Source of the DNA: Eledone cirrhosa
Lineage: Eukaryota
Assembly (NCBI GenBank): GCA_964016885.1
Contig: OZ024758.1
Coordinates: 35,216,001 to 35,280,000, forward strand
Direction of reading: 5' to 3'
DNA length: 64,000 nucleotides
Shown: positions 28,000-42,300 of the stretch, piece after piece
Layout of the letters: every line of letters begins with the position of its first letter
Numbering within the stretch: position 1 is the first letter of the stretch
Program-made: the position numbers and the translations under genes
Notes under the pieces: model-generated
The model's input: only the letters and a program-made list of their open reading frames with translations
Told to the model about the DNA's origin: nothing
Database searches by the model: none

Positions 28000-30900
28000 A
28001 GCTGTCAGAAGTAACTCCACTGTTGGTGAGAATTCATTTAAGTTCATGGTACTAGCTGTCAGAAGTAACTCCACTGTTGGTGAGAATTCATTTAAGTTCA
28101 TGGTACTAGCTGTCAGAAGTAACTCCACTGTTGGTGAGAATTCATTTAAGTTCATGGTACTAGCTGTCAGAAGTAACCCCAATGTTGGTGAGAATTCATT
28201 TAAGTTCATGGTATTAGCTGTCAGAAGTCACTCCAATGTTGGTGAGAATTCATTTAAGTTCATGGTATTAGCTGTGAGAAGTCACTCCACTGTTGGTGAG
28301 AATTCATTTAAGTTCATGGTATTAGCTGTCAGAAGTACCTCCACTGTTGGTGAGAATTCATTTAAGTTCATGGTATTAGCTGTCAGAAGTAACTCCACTG
28401 TTGGTGAGAATTCATTTAAGTTCATGGTATTAGCTGTCAGAAGGAACTCCAATGTTGGTGAGAATTCATTTAAGTCATGGTACTAGCTGTCAGAAGTAAC
28501 TCCACTGTTGGTGAGAATTCATTTAAGTTCATGGTATTAGCTGTCAGAAGTAACTCCACTGTTGGTGAGAATTCATTTAAGTTCATGGTACTAGCTGTCA
28601 GAAGTAACTCCAATGTTGGTGAGAATTCATTTAAGTTCATGGTATTAGCTGTCAGAAGGAACTCCACTGTTGGTGAGAATTCATTTAAGTTCATGGTATT
28701 AGCTGTCAGAAGTAACTCCACTGTTGGTGAGAATTCATTTAAGTTCATGGTACTAGTTGTCAGAAGTAACTCCACTGTTGGTGAGAATTCATTTAAGTTC
28801 ATGTTACTAGCTGTCAGAAGTAACTCCACTGTTGGTGAGAATTCATTTAAGTTCATGGTATTAGTTTGTCAGAAGTAACTCCACTGTTGGTGAGAATTCA
28901 TTTAAGTTCATGGTACTAGCTGTCAGAAGTAACTCCAATGTTGGTGAGAATTCATTTAAGTTCATGGTATTAGCTGTCAGAAGTAACTCCACTGTTGGTG
29001 AGAATTCATTTAAGTTCATGGTACTAGCTGTCAGAAGTAACTCCAATGTTGGTGAGAATTCATTTAAGTTCATGGTATTAGCTGTCAGAAGTAACTCCAC
29101 TGTTGGTGAGAATTCATTTAAGTCATGGTAGTAGCTGTCAGAAGTAACTCCAATGTTGGTGAGAATTCATTTAAGTTCATGGTATTAGCTGTCACAAGTA
29201 ACTCCACTGTTGGTGAGAATTCATTTAAGTTCACGGTACTAGCTGTCAGAAGTAACTCCACTGTTGGTGAGAATTCATTTAAGTTCATGGTATTAGTTTG
29301 TCAGAAGTAACTCCACTGTTGGTGAGAATTCATTTAAGTCGTGGTATTAGTTGTCAGAAGTTTACTCCAATGTTGGTGAGAATTCATTTAAGTTCATGGT
29401 ACTAGCTGTCAGAAGTAACTCCACTGTTGGTGAGAATTCATTTAAGTTCATGGTATTAGCTGTCAGAAGTAACTCCACTGTTGGTGAGAATTGATTTAAG
29501 TTCATGGTACTAGCTGTCAGAAGTAACTCCACTGTTGGTGAGAATTCATTTAAGTTCATGGTATTAGCTGTCAGAAGTAACTCCAGTGTTGGTGAGAATT
29601 GATTTAAGTTCATGGTACTAGCTGTCAGAAGTAACTCCACTGTTGGTGAGAATTCATTTAAGTTCATGGTACTAGCTGTCAGAAGTAACTCCACTGTTGG
29701 TGAGAATTCAGTTAAGTTCATGGTATTAGTTGTCAGAAGTAACTCCACTGTTGGTGAGAATTCATTTAAATCATGGTATTAGTTGTCAGAAGTAACTCCA
29801 ATGTTGGTGAGAATTCATTTAATTTCATGGTACTAGCTGTCAGAAGTAACTCCACTGTTGGTGAGAAATCATTTAAATCATGGTATTAGTTGTCAGAAGT
29901 AACTCCAATGTTGGTGAGAATTCATTTAAGTTCATGGTACTAGCTGTCAGAAGTAACTCCACTGTTGGTGAGAATTCATTTAAGTTCATGGTATTAGCTG
30001 TCAGAAGTAACTCCACTGTTGGTGAGAATTCATTTAAGTCATGGTATTAGTTGTCAGAAGTAACTCCAATGTTGGTGAGAATTCATTTAAGTTCATGATA
30101 CTAGCTGTCAGAAGTAACTCCACTGTTGGTGAGAATTCATTTAAGTTCATGGTATTAGCTGTCAGAAGTAACTCCACTGTTGGTGAGAATTCATTTAAGT
30201 CATGGTATTAGCTGTCAGAAGTAACTCCAATGTTGGTGAGAATTCATTTAAGTCTTGGTACTAGCTGTCAGAAGTAACTCCAATGTTGGTGAGAATTCAG
30301 TTAAGTTCATGGTATTAGCTGTCAGAAGGAACTCCACTGTTGGTGAGAATTCATTTAAGTTCATGGTATTAGCTGTCAGAAGTAACTCCACTGTTGGTGA
30401 GAATTCATTTAAGTTCATGGTACTAGCTGTCAGAAGTAACTCCACTGTTGGTGAGAATTCATTTAAGTTCATGGTACTAGCCGTCAGAAGTAACTCCACT
30501 GTTGGTGAGAATTCAGTTAAGTTCATGGTATTAGTTGTCAGAAGTAACTCCACTGTTGGTGAGAATTCATTTAAATCATGGTATTAGTTGTCAGAAGTAA
30601 CTCCAATGTTGGTGAGAATTCATTTAAGTTCATGGTACTAGCTGTCAGAAGTAACTCCACTGTTGGTGAGAATTCATTTAAGTTCATGGTATTAGCTGTC
30701 AGAAGTAACTCCACTGTTGGTGAGAATTCATTTAAGTCATGGTATTAGCTGTCAGAAGTAACTCCATTGTTGGTGAGAATTCATTTAAGTCATGGTACTA
30801 GCTGTCAGAAGTAACTCCACTGTTGGTGAGAATTCATTTAAGTTCATGGTATTAGCTGTCAGAAGGAACTCCACTGTTGGTAAGAATTCATTTAAGTTCA

Positions 30901-33900
30901 TGGTATTAGCTGTCAGAAGTAACTCCACTGTTGGTGAGAATTCATTTAAGTTCATGGTACTAGCTGTCAGAAGTAACTCCACTGTTGGTGAGAATTCATT
31001 TAAGTTCATGGTACTAGCTGTCAGAAGTAACCCCAATGTTGGTGAGAATTCATTTAAGTTCATGGTATTAGCTGTCAGAAGTCACTCCAATGTTGGTGAG
31101 AATTCATTTAAGTTCATGGTATTAGCTGTGAGAAGTCACTCCACTGTTGGTGAGAATTCATTTAAGTTCATGGTATTATCTGTCAGAAGTACCTCCACTG
31201 TTGGTGAGAATTCATTTAAGTTCATGGTATTAGCTGTCAGAAGTAACTCCACTGTTGGTGAGAATTCATTTAAGTTCATGGTATTAGCTGTCAGAAGGAA
31301 CTCCAATGTTGGTGAGAATTCATTTAAGTCATGGTACTAGCTGTCAGAAGTAACTCCACTGTTGGTGAGAATTCATTTAAGTTCATGGTATTAGCTGTCA
31401 GAAGGAACGCCACTGTTGGTGAGAATTCATTTAAGTTCATGGTATTAGCTGTCAGAAGTAACTCCACTGTTGGTGAGAATTCATTTAAGTTCATGGTACT
31501 AGCTGTCAGAAGTAACTCCAATGTTGGTGAGAATTCATTTAAGTTCATGGTATTAGCTGTCAGAAGGAACTCCACTGTTGGTGAGAATTCATTTAAGTTC
31601 ATGGTATTAGCTGTCAGAAGTAACTCCACTGTTGGTGAGAATTCATTTAAGTTCATGGTACTAGTTGTCAGAAGTAACTCCACTGTTGGTGAGAATTCAT
31701 TTAAGTTCATGGTATTAGTTGTCAGAAGTAACTCCACTGTTGGTGAGAATTCATTTAAGTCATGGTATTAGTTGTCAGAAGTAACTCCAATGTTGGTGAG
31801 AATTCATTTAAGTTCATGGTACTAGCTGTCAGAAGTAACTCCACTGTTGGTGAGAATTCATTTAAGTTCATTGTATTAGCTGTCAGAAGTAACTCCACTG
31901 TTGGTGAGAATTCATTTAAGTCATGGTATTAGCTGTCAGAAGTAACTCCATTGTTGGTGAGAATTCATTTAAGTCATGGTACTAGCTGTCAGAAGGAACT
32001 CCACTGTTGGTGAGAATTCATTTAAGTTCATGGTACTAGCTGTCAGAAGTAACTCCACTGTTGGTGAGAATTCATTTAAGTTCATGGTATTAGTTTGTCA
32101 GAAGTAACTCCACTGTTGGTGAGAATTCATTTAAGTCATGGTATTAGTTGTCAGAAGTAACTCCAATGTTGGTGAGAATTCATTTAAGTCATGGTACTAG
32201 CTGTCAGAAGTAACTCCAATGTTGGTGAGAATTCATTTAACTTCATGGTATTAGCTGTCAGAAGGAACTCCACTGTTGGTGAGAATTCATTTAAGTTCAT
32301 GGTATTAGCTGTCAGAAGTAACTCCACTGTTGGTGAGAATTCATTTAAGTTCATGGTATTAGCTGTCAGAAGTAACTCCACTGTTGGTGAGAATTCATTT
32401 AAGTTCATCGTACTAGCTGTCAGAAGTAACCCCAATGTTGGTGAGAATTCATTTAAGTTCATGGTATTAGCTGTCAGAAGTAACTCCACTGTTGGTGAGA
32501 ATTCATTTAACTTCATGGTATTAGCTGTCAGAAGGAACTCCACTGTTGGTGAGAATTCATTTAAGTTCATGGTATTAGCTGTCAGAAGTAACTCCACTGT
32601 TGGTGAGAATTCATTTAAGTTCATGGTATTAGCTGTCAGAAGTAACTCCACTGTTGGTGAGAATTCATTTAAGTTCATGGTACTAGCTGTCAGAAGTAAC
32701 CCCAATGTTGGTGAGAATTCATTTAAGTTCATGGTACTAGCTGTCAGAAGTAACTCCACTGTTGGTGAGAATTCATTTAAGTTCATGGTACTAGCTGTCA
32801 GAAGTAACTCCACTGTTGGTGAGAATTCATTTAAGTTCATGGTACTAGCTGTCAGAAGTAACTCCACTGTTGGTGAGAATTCATTTAAGTTCATGGTACT
32901 AGCTGTCAGAAGTAACCCCAATGTTGGTGAGAATTCATTTAAGTTCATGGTATTAGCTGTCAGAAGTCACTCCAATGTTGGTGAGAATTCATTTAAGTTC
33001 ATGGTATTAGCTGTGAGAAGTCACTCCACTGTTGGTGAGAATTCATTTAAGTTCATGGTATTAGCTGTCAGAAGTACCTCCACTGTTGGTGAGAATTCAT
33101 TTAAGTTCATGGTATTAGCTGTCAGAAGTAACTCCACTGTTGGTGAGAATTCATTTAAGTTCATGGTATTAGCTGTCAGAAGGAACTCCAATGTTGGTGA
33201 GAATTCATTTAAGTCATGGTACTAGCTGTCAGAAGTAACTCCACTGTTGGTGAGAATTCATTTAAGTTCATGGTATTAGCTGTCAGAAGTAACTCCACTG
33301 TTGGTGAGAATTCATTTAAGTTCATGGTACTAGCTGTCAGAAGTAACTCCAATGTTGGTGAGAATTCATTTAAGTTCATGGTATTAGCTGTCAGAAGGAA
33401 CTCCACTGTTGGTGAGAATTCATTTAAGTTCATGGTATTAGCTGTCAGAAGTAACTCCACTGTTGGTGAGAATTCATTTAAGTTCATGGTACTAGTTGTC
33501 AGAAGTAACTCCACTGTTGGTGAGAATTCATTTAAGTTCATGTTACTAGCTGTCAGAAGTAACTCCACTGTTGGTGAGAATTCATTTAAGTTCATGGTAT
33601 TAGTTTGTCAGAAGTAACTCCACTGTTGGTGAGAATTCATTTAAGTTCATGGTACTAGCTGTCAGAAGTAACTCCAATGTTGGTGAGAATTCATTTAAGT
33701 TCATGGTATTAGCTGTCAGAAGTAACTCCACTGTTGGTGAGAATTCATTTAAGTTCATGGTACTAGCTGTCAGAAGTAACTCCAATGTTGGTGAGAATTC
33801 ATTTAAGTTCATGGTATTAGCTGTCAGAAGTAACTCCACTGTTGGTGAGAATTCATTTAAGTCATGGTATTAGCTGTCAGAAGTAACTCCAATGTTGGTG

Positions 33901-36900
33901 AGAATTCATTTAAGTTCATGGTATTAGCTGTCACAAGTAACTCCACTGTTGGTGAGAATTCATTTAAGTTCACGGTACTAGCTGTCAGAAGTAACTCCAC
34001 TGTTGGTGAGAATTCATTTAAGTTCATGGTATTAGTTTGTCAGAAGTAACTCCACTGTTGGTGAGAATTCATTTAAGTCGTGGTATTAGTTGTCAGAAGT
34101 TTACTCCAATGTTGGTGAGAATTCATTTAAGTTCATGGTACTAGCTGTCAGAAGTAACTCCACTGTTGGTGAGAATTCATTTAAGTTCATGGTATTAGCT
34201 GTCAGAAGTAACTCCACTGTTGGTGAGAATTGATTTAAGTTCATGGTACTAGCTGTCAGAAGTAACTCCACTGTTGGTGAGAATTCATTTAAGTTCATGG
34301 TATTAGCTGTCAGAAGTAACTCCACTGTTGGTGAGAATTGATTTAAGTTCATGGTACTAGCTGTCAGAAGTAACTCCACTGTTGGTGAGAATTCATTTAA
34401 GTTCATGGTACTAGCTGTCAGAAGTAACTCCACTGTTGGTGAGAATTCAGTTAAGTTCATGGTATTAGTTGTCAGAAGTAACTCCACTGTTGGTGAGAAT
34501 TCATTTAAATCATGGTATTAGTTGTCAGAAGTAACTCCAATGTTGGTGAGAATTCATTTAATTTCATGGTACTAGCTGTCAGAAGTAACTCCACTGTTGG
34601 TGAGAAATCATTTAAATCATGGTATTAGTTGTCAGAAGTAACTCCAATGTTGGTGAGAATTCATTTAAGTTCATGGTACTAGCTGTCAGAAGTAACTCCA
34701 CTGTTGGTGAGAATTCATTTAAGTTCATGGTATTAGCTGTCAGAAGTAACTCCACTGTTGGTGAGAATTCATTTAAGTCATGGTATTAGTTGTCAGAAGT
34801 AACTCCAATGTTGGTGAGAATTCATTTAAGTTCATGGTACTAGCTGTCAGAAGTAACTCCACTGTTGGTGAGAATTCATTTAAGTTCATGGTATTAGCTG
34901 TCAGAAGTAACTCCACTGTTGGTGAGAATTCATTTAAGTCATGGTATTAGCTGTCAGAAGTAACTCCAATGTTGGTGAGAATTCATTTAAGTCTTGGTAC
35001 TAGCTGTCAGAAGTAACTCCAATGTTGGTGAGAATTCAGTTAAGTTCATGGTATTAGCTGTCAGAAGGAACTCCACTGTTGGTGAGAATTCATTTAAGTT
35101 CATGGTATTAGCTGTCAGAAGTAACTCCACTGTTGGTGAGAATTCATTTAAGTTCATGGTACTAGCTGTCAGAAGTAACTCCACTGTTGGTGAGAATTCA
35201 TTTAAGTTCATGGTACTAGCCGTCAGAAGTAACTCCACTGTTGGTGAGAATTCAGTTAAGTTCATGGTATTAGTTGTCAGAAGTAACTCCACTGTTGGTG
35301 AGAATTCATTTAAATCATGGTATTAGTTGTCAGAAGTAACTCCAATGTTGGTGAGAATTCATTTAAGTTCATGGTACTAGCTGTCAGAAGTAACTCCACT
35401 GTTGGTGAGAATTCATTTAAGTTCATGGTATTAGCTGTCAGAAGTAACTCCACTGTTGGTGAGAATTCATTTAAGTCATGGTATTAGCTGTCAGAAGTAA
35501 CTCCATTGTTGGTGAGAATTCATTTAAGTCATGGTACTAGCTGTCAGAAGTAACTCCACTGTTGGTGAGAATTCATTTAAGTTCATGGTATTAGCTGTCA
35601 GAAGGAACTCCACTGTTGGTAAGAATTCATTTAAGTTCATGGTATTAGCTGTCAGAAGTAACTCCACTGTTGGTGAGAATTCATTTAAGTTCATGGTACT
35701 AGCTGTCAGAAGTAACTCCACTGTTGGTGAGAATTCATTTAAGTTCATCGTACTAGCTGTCAGAAGTAACCCCAATGTTGGTGAGAATTCATTTAAGTTC
35801 ATGTTATTAGCTGTCAGAAGTCACTCCAATGTTGGTGAGAATTCATTTAAGTTCATGGTATTAGCTGTGAGAAGTCACTCCACTGTTGGTGAGAATTCAT
35901 TTAAGTTCATGGTATTAGCTGTCAGAAGTACCTCCACTGTTGGTGAGAATTCATTTAAGTTCATGGTATTAGCTGTCAGAAGTAACTCCACTGTTGGTGA
36001 GAATTCATTTAAGTTCATGGTATTAGCTGTCAGAAGGAACTCCAATGTTGGTGAGAATTCATTTAAGTCATGGTACTAGCTGTCAGAAGTAACTCCACTG
36101 TTGGTGAGAATTCATTTAAGTTCATGGTATTAGCTGTCAGAAGGAACGCCACTGTTGGTGAGAATTCATTTAAGTTCATGGTATTAGCTGTCAGAAGTAA
36201 CTCCACTGTTGGTGAGAATTCATTTAAGTTCATGGTACTAGCTGTCAGAAGTAACTCCAATGTTGGTGAGAATTCATTTAAGTTCATGGTATTAGCTGTC
36301 AGAAGGAACTCCACTGTTGGTGAGAATTCATTTAAGTTCATGGTATTAGCTGTCAGAAGTAACTCCACTGTTGGTGAGAATTCATTTAAGTTCATGGTAC
36401 TAGTTGTCAGAAGTAACTCCACTGTTGGTGAGAATTCATTTAAGTTCATGGTATTAGTTGTCAGAAGTAACTCCACTGTTGGTGAGAATTCATTTAAGTC
36501 ATGGTATTAGTTGTCAGAAGTAACTCCAATGTTGGTGAGAATTCATTTAAGTTCATGGTACTAGCTGTCAGAAGTAACTCCACTGTTGGTGAGAATTCAT
36601 TTAAGTTCATTGTATTAGCTGTCAGAAGTAACTCCACTGTTGGTGAGAATTCATTTAAGTCATGGTATTAGCTGTCAGAAGTAACTCCATTGTTGGTGAG
36701 AATTCATTTAAGTCATGGTACTAGCTGTCAGAAGTAACTCCACTGTTGGTGAGAATTCATTTAAGTTCATGGTATTAGCTGTCAGAAGGAACTCCACTGT
36801 TGGTGAGAATTCATTTAAGTTCATGGTACTAGCTGTCAGAAGTAACTCCACTGTTGGTGAGAATTCATTTAAGTTCATGGTATTAGTTTGTCAGAAGTAA

Positions 36901-37220
36901 CTCCACTGTTGGTGAGAATTCATTTAAGTCATGGTATTAGTTGTCAGAAGTAACTCCAATGTTGGTGAGAATTCATTTAAGTCATGGTACTAGCTGTCAG
37001 AAGTAACTCCAATGTTGGTGAGAATTCATTTAACTTCATGGTATTAGCTGTCAGAAGGAACTCCACTGTTGGTGAGAATTCATTTAAGTTCATGGTATTA
37101 GCTGTCAGAAGTAACTCCACTGTTGGTGAGAATTCATTTAAGTTCATGGTATTAGCTGTCAGAAGTAACTCCACTGTTGGTGAGAATTCATTTAAGTTCA
37201 TGGTACTAGCTGTCAGAAGT
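28000..37220. repeat. Tandem duplication with a 4739-bp (88-monomer) period; the second copy diverges near its end
   Basis: ORF pairs 28477/33216, 28910/33649, 29125/33864, 30255/34994, 30792/35531 and 31331/36070 are offset by 4739. The pair 32191/36984 is offset by 4793, i.e. one extra monomer. Confidence 0.9.
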
Positions 37221-39350
37221 AACTCCACTGTTGGTGAGAATTCATTTAAGTTCATGGTTCTAGCTGTCAGAATTAACTCCACTGTTGGTGAGAATTCATT
37301 TAAGTTCATGGTACTAGCTGTCAGAAGTAACTCCAATGTTGGTAAGAATTCATTTAAGTTCATGATATTAGCTGTCAGAAGTAACTCCACTGTTGGTGAG
37401 AATTCATTTAAGTTCATGGTACTAGCTGTCAGAAGTAACTCCACTGTTGGTGAGAATTCATTTAAGTTTATGGTACTAGCTGTCAGAAGTAACCCCAATG
37501 TTGGTGAGAATTCATTTAAGTTCATGGTATTAGCTGTCAGAAGTCACTCCAATGTTGGTGAGAATTCATTTAAGTTCATGGTATTAGCTGTCAGAAGTCA
37601 CTCCACTGTTGGTGAGAATTCATTTAAGTTCATGGTACTAGCTGTCAGAAGTAACCCCAATGTTGCTGAGAATTCATTTAAGTTCATGGTATTAGCTGTC
37701 AGAAGTCACTCCAATGTTGGTGAGAATTCATTTAAGTTCATGGTATTAGCTGTCAGAAGTAACTCCACTGTTGGTGAGAATTCATTTAAGTTCATGGTAT
37801 TAGCTGTCAGAAGTAACTCCACTGTTGGTGAGAATTCATTTATGTTCATGGTATTAGCTGTCAGAAGTAACTCCACTGTTGGTGAGAATTCATTTAAGTT
37901 CATGGTATTACCTGTCAGAAGGAACTCCAATGTTGGTGAGAATTCATTTAAGTCATGGTATTAGCTGTCAGAAGTAACTCCACTGTTGGTGAGAATTCAT
38001 TTAAGTTCATGGTATTAGCTGTCAGAAGGAACGCCACTGTTGGTGAGAATTCATTTAAGTTCATGGTATTAGCTGTCAGAAGTAACTCCACTGTTGGTGA
38101 GAATTCATTTAAGTTCATGGTACTAGCTGTCAGAAGTAACTCCAATGTTGGTGAGAATTCATTTAAGTTCATGGTATTAGCTGTCAGAAGGAACTCCACT
38201 GTTGGTGAGAATTCATTTAAGTCTTGGTATTAGTTGTCAGAAGTAACTCCAATGTTGGTGAGAATTCATTTAAGTTCATGGTACTAGCTGTCAGAAGTAA
38301 CTCCACTGTTGGTGAGATTTCATTTAAGTTCATGGTACTAGCTGTCAAAAGTAACTCCAATGTTGGTGAGAATTCATTTAAGTTCATGGTATTAGCTGTC
38401 AGAAGTAACTCCACTGTTGGTGAGAATTCATTTAAGTTCATGGTACTAGCTGTCAGAAGTAACTCCACTGTTGGTGAGAATTCAGTTAAGTTCATGGTAT
38501 TAGTTGTCAGAAGTAACTCCACTGTTGGTGAGAATTCATTTAAATCATGGTATTAGTTGTCAGAAGTAACTCCAATGTTGGTGAGAATTCATTTAATTTC
38601 ATGGTACTAGCTGTCAGAAGTAACTCCACTGTTGGTGAGAAATCATTTAAGTCATGGTATTAGTTGTCAGAAGTAACTCCAATGTTGGTGAGAATTCATT
38701 TAAGTTCATGGTACTAGCTGTCAGAAGTAACTCCACTGTTGGTGAGAATTCATTTAAGTTCATGGTATTAGCTGTCAGAAGTAACTCCACTGTTGGTGAG
38801 AATTCATTTAAGTCATGGTATTAGTTGTCAGAAGTAACTCCAATGTTGGTGAGAATTCATTTAAGTTCATGGTACTAGCTGTCAGAAGTAACTCCACTGT
38901 TGGTGAGAATTCATTTAAGTTCATGGTATTAGCTGTCAGAAGTAACTCCACTGTTGGTGAGAATTCATTTAAGTCATGGTATTAGCTGTCAGAAGTAACT
39001 CCAATGTTGGTGAGAATTCATTTAAGTCTTGGTACTAGCTGTCAGAAGTAACTCCAATGTTGGTGAGAATTCAGTTAAGTTCATGGTATTAGCTGTCAGA
39101 AGGAACTCCACTGTTGGTGAGAATTCATTTAAGTTCATGGTATTAGCTGTCAGAAGTAACTTCACTGTTGGTGAGAATTCATTTAAGTTCATGGTACTAG
39201 CTGTCAGAAGTAACTCCACTGTTGGTGAAAATTCATTTAAGTTCATGGTACTAGCCGTCAGAAGTAACTCCACTGTTGGTGAGAATTCAGTTAAGTTCAT
39301 GGTATTAGTTGTCAGAAGTAACTCCACTGTTGGTGAGAATTCATTTAAAT
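30200..39350. repeat. ~9-kb block duplicated at ~44780-53730 (offset 14582, then 14367 bp)
   Basis: Offset 14582: 30255/44837, 30792/45374, 31331/45913, 32191/46773, 33216/47798, 33864/48446, 34994/49576. Offset 14367: 35531/49898, 36070/50437, 36984/51351, 38224/52591, 39029/53396. Confidence 0.88.
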
Positions 39351-42300
39351 CATGGTATTAGTTGTCAGAAGTAACTCCACTGTTGGTGAGAATTCATTTA
39401 AGTTCATGGTATTAGCTGTCAGAAGTAACTCCACTGTTGGTGAGAATTGATTTAAGTTCATGGTACTAGCTGTCAGAAGTAACTCCACTGTTGGTGAGAA
39501 TTCATTTAAGTTCATGGTATTAGTTGTCAGAAGTAACTCCACTGTTGGTGAGAATTCATTTAAGTCATGGTATTAGTTGTCAGAAGTAACTCCAATGTTG
39601 GTGAGAATTCATTTAAGTTCATGGTACTAGCTGTCAGAAGTAACTCCACTGTTGGTGAGAATTCATTTAAGTTCATTGTATTAGCTGTCAGAAGTAACTC
39701 CACTGTTGGTGAGAATTCATTTAAGTCATGGTATTAGCTGTCAGAAGTAACTCCATTGTTGGTGAGAATTCATTTAAGTCATGGTACTAGCTGTCAGAAG
39801 TAACTCCACTGTTGGTGAGAATTCATTTAAGTTCATGGTATTAGCTGTCAGAAGGAACTCCACTGTTGGTGAGAATTCATTTAAGTTCATGGTACTAGCT
39901 GTCAGAAGTAACTCCACTGTTGGTGAGAATTCATTTAAGTTCATGGTATTAGTTTGTCAGAAGTAACTCCACTGTTGGTGAGAATTCATTTAAGTCATGG
40001 TATTAGTTGTCAGAAGTAACTCCAATGTTGGTGAGAATTCATTTAAGTCATGGTACTAGCTGTCAGAAGTAACTCCAATGTTGGTGAGAATTCATTTAAC
40101 TTCATGGTATTAGCTGTCAGAAGGAACTCCACTGTTGGTGAGAATTCATTTAAGTTCATGGTATTAGCTGTCAGAAGTAACTCCACTGTTGGTGAGAATT
40201 CATTTAAGTTCATGGTATTAGCTGTCAGAAGTAACTCCACTGTTGGTGAGAATTCATTTAAGTTCATGGTACTAGCTGTCAGAAGTAACTCCACTGTTGG
40301 TGAGAATTCATTTAAGTTCATGGTTCTAGCTGTCAGAATTAACTCCACTGTTGGTGAGAATTCATTTAAGTTCATGGTACTAGCTGTCAGAAGTAACTCC
40401 AATGTTGGTAAGAATTCATTTAAGTTCATGATATTAGCTGTCAGAAGTAACTCCACTGTTGGTGAGAATTCATTTAAGTTCATGGTACTAGCTGTCAGAA
40501 GTAACTCCACTGTTGGTGAGAATTCATTTAAGTTTATGGTACTAGCTGTCAGAAGTAACCCCAATGTTGGTGAGAATTCATTTAAGTTCATGGTATTAGC
40601 TGTCAGAAGTCACTCCAATGTTGGTGAGAATTCATTTAAGTTCATGGTATTAGCTGTCAGAAGTCACTCCACTGTTGGTGAGAATTCATTTAAGTTCATG
40701 GTACTAGCTGTCAGAAGTAACCCCAATGTTGCTGAGAATTCATTTAAGTTCATGGTATTAGCTGTCAGAAGTCACTCCAATGTTGGTGAGAATTCATTTA
40801 AGTTCATGGTATTAGCTGTCAGAAGTAACTCCACTGTTGGTGAGAATTCATTTAAGTTCATGGTATTAGCTGTCAGAAGTAACTCCACTGTTGGTGAGAA
40901 TTCATTTATGTTCATGGTATTAGCTGTCAGAAGTAACTCCACTGTTGGTGAGAATTCATTTAAGTTCATGGTATTACCTGTCAGAAGGAACTCCAATGTT
41001 GGTGAGAATTCATTTAAGTCATGGTATTAGCTGTCAGAAGTAACTCCACTGTTGGTGAGAATTCATTTAAGTTCATGGTATTAGCTGTCAGAAGGAACGC
41101 CACTGTTGGTGAGAATTCATTTAAGTTCATGGTATTAGCTGTCAGAAGTAACTCCACTGTTGGTGAGAATTCATTTAAGTTCATGGTACTAGCTGTCAGA
41201 AGTAACTCCAATGTTGGTGAGAATTCATTTAAGTTCATGGTATTAGCTGTCAGAAGGAACTCCACTGTTGGTGAGAATTCATTTAAGTCTTGGTATTAGT
41301 TGTCAGAAGTAACTCCAATGTTGGTGAGAATTCATTTAAGTTCATGGTACTAGCTGTCAGAAGTAACTCCACTGTTGGTGAGATTTCATTTAAGTTCATG
41401 GTACTAGCTGTCAAAAGTAACTCCAATGTTGGTGAGAATTCATTTAAGTTCATGGTATTAGCTGTCAGAAGTAACTCCACTGTTGGTGAGAATTCATTTA
41501 AGTTCATGGTACTAGCTGTCAGAAGTAACTCCACTGTTGGTGAGAATTCAGTTAAGTTCATGGTATTAGTTGTCAGAAGTAACTCCACTGTTGGTGAGAA
41601 TTCATTTAAATCATGGTATTAGTTGTCAGAAGTAACTCCAATGTTGGTGAGAATTCATTTAATTTCATGGTACTAGCTGTCAGAAGTAACTCCACTGTTG
41701 GTGAGAAATCATTTAAGTCATGGTATTAGTTGTCAGAAGTAACTCCAATGTTGGTGAGAATTCATTTAAGTTCATGGTACTAGCTGTCAGAAGTAACTCC
41801 ACTGTTGGTGAGAATTCATTTAAGTTCATGGTATTAGCTGTCAGAAGTAACTCCACTGTTGGTGAGAATTCATTTAAGTCATGGTATTAGTTGTCAGAAG
41901 TAACTCCAATGTTGGTGAGAATTCATTTAAGTTCATGGTACTAGCTGTCAGAAGTAACTCCACTGTTGGTGAGAATTCATTTAAGTTCATGGTATTAGCT
42001 GTCAGAAGTAACTCCACTGTTGGTGAGAATTCATTTAAGTCATGGTATTAGCTGTCAGAAGTAACTCCAATGTTGGTGAGAATTCATTTAAGTCTTGGTA
42101 CTAGCTGTCAGAAGTAACTCCAATGTTGGTGAGAATTCAGTTAAGTTCATGGTATTAGCTGTCAGAAGGAACTCCACTGTTGGTGAGAATTCATTTAAGT
42201 TCATGGTATTAGCTGTCAGAAGTAACTTCACTGTTGGTGAGAATTCATTTAAGTTCATGGTACTAGCTGTCAGAAGTAACTCCACTGTTGGTGAAAATTC

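Noticed and set aside
32184-32948. Minus-strand peptide (MNLNEFSPTVELLLTANT)n loosely resembles a leucine-rich repeat (LxLxxNx)
   Set aside because: 18 aa is shorter than typical LRRs. The Asn is often Ser, amplified variants (GTCACT, GTTTAC) create stops in this frame, and frameshifts are frequent. A Pfam LRR hit plus Ribo-seq or proteomic evidence would be needed.
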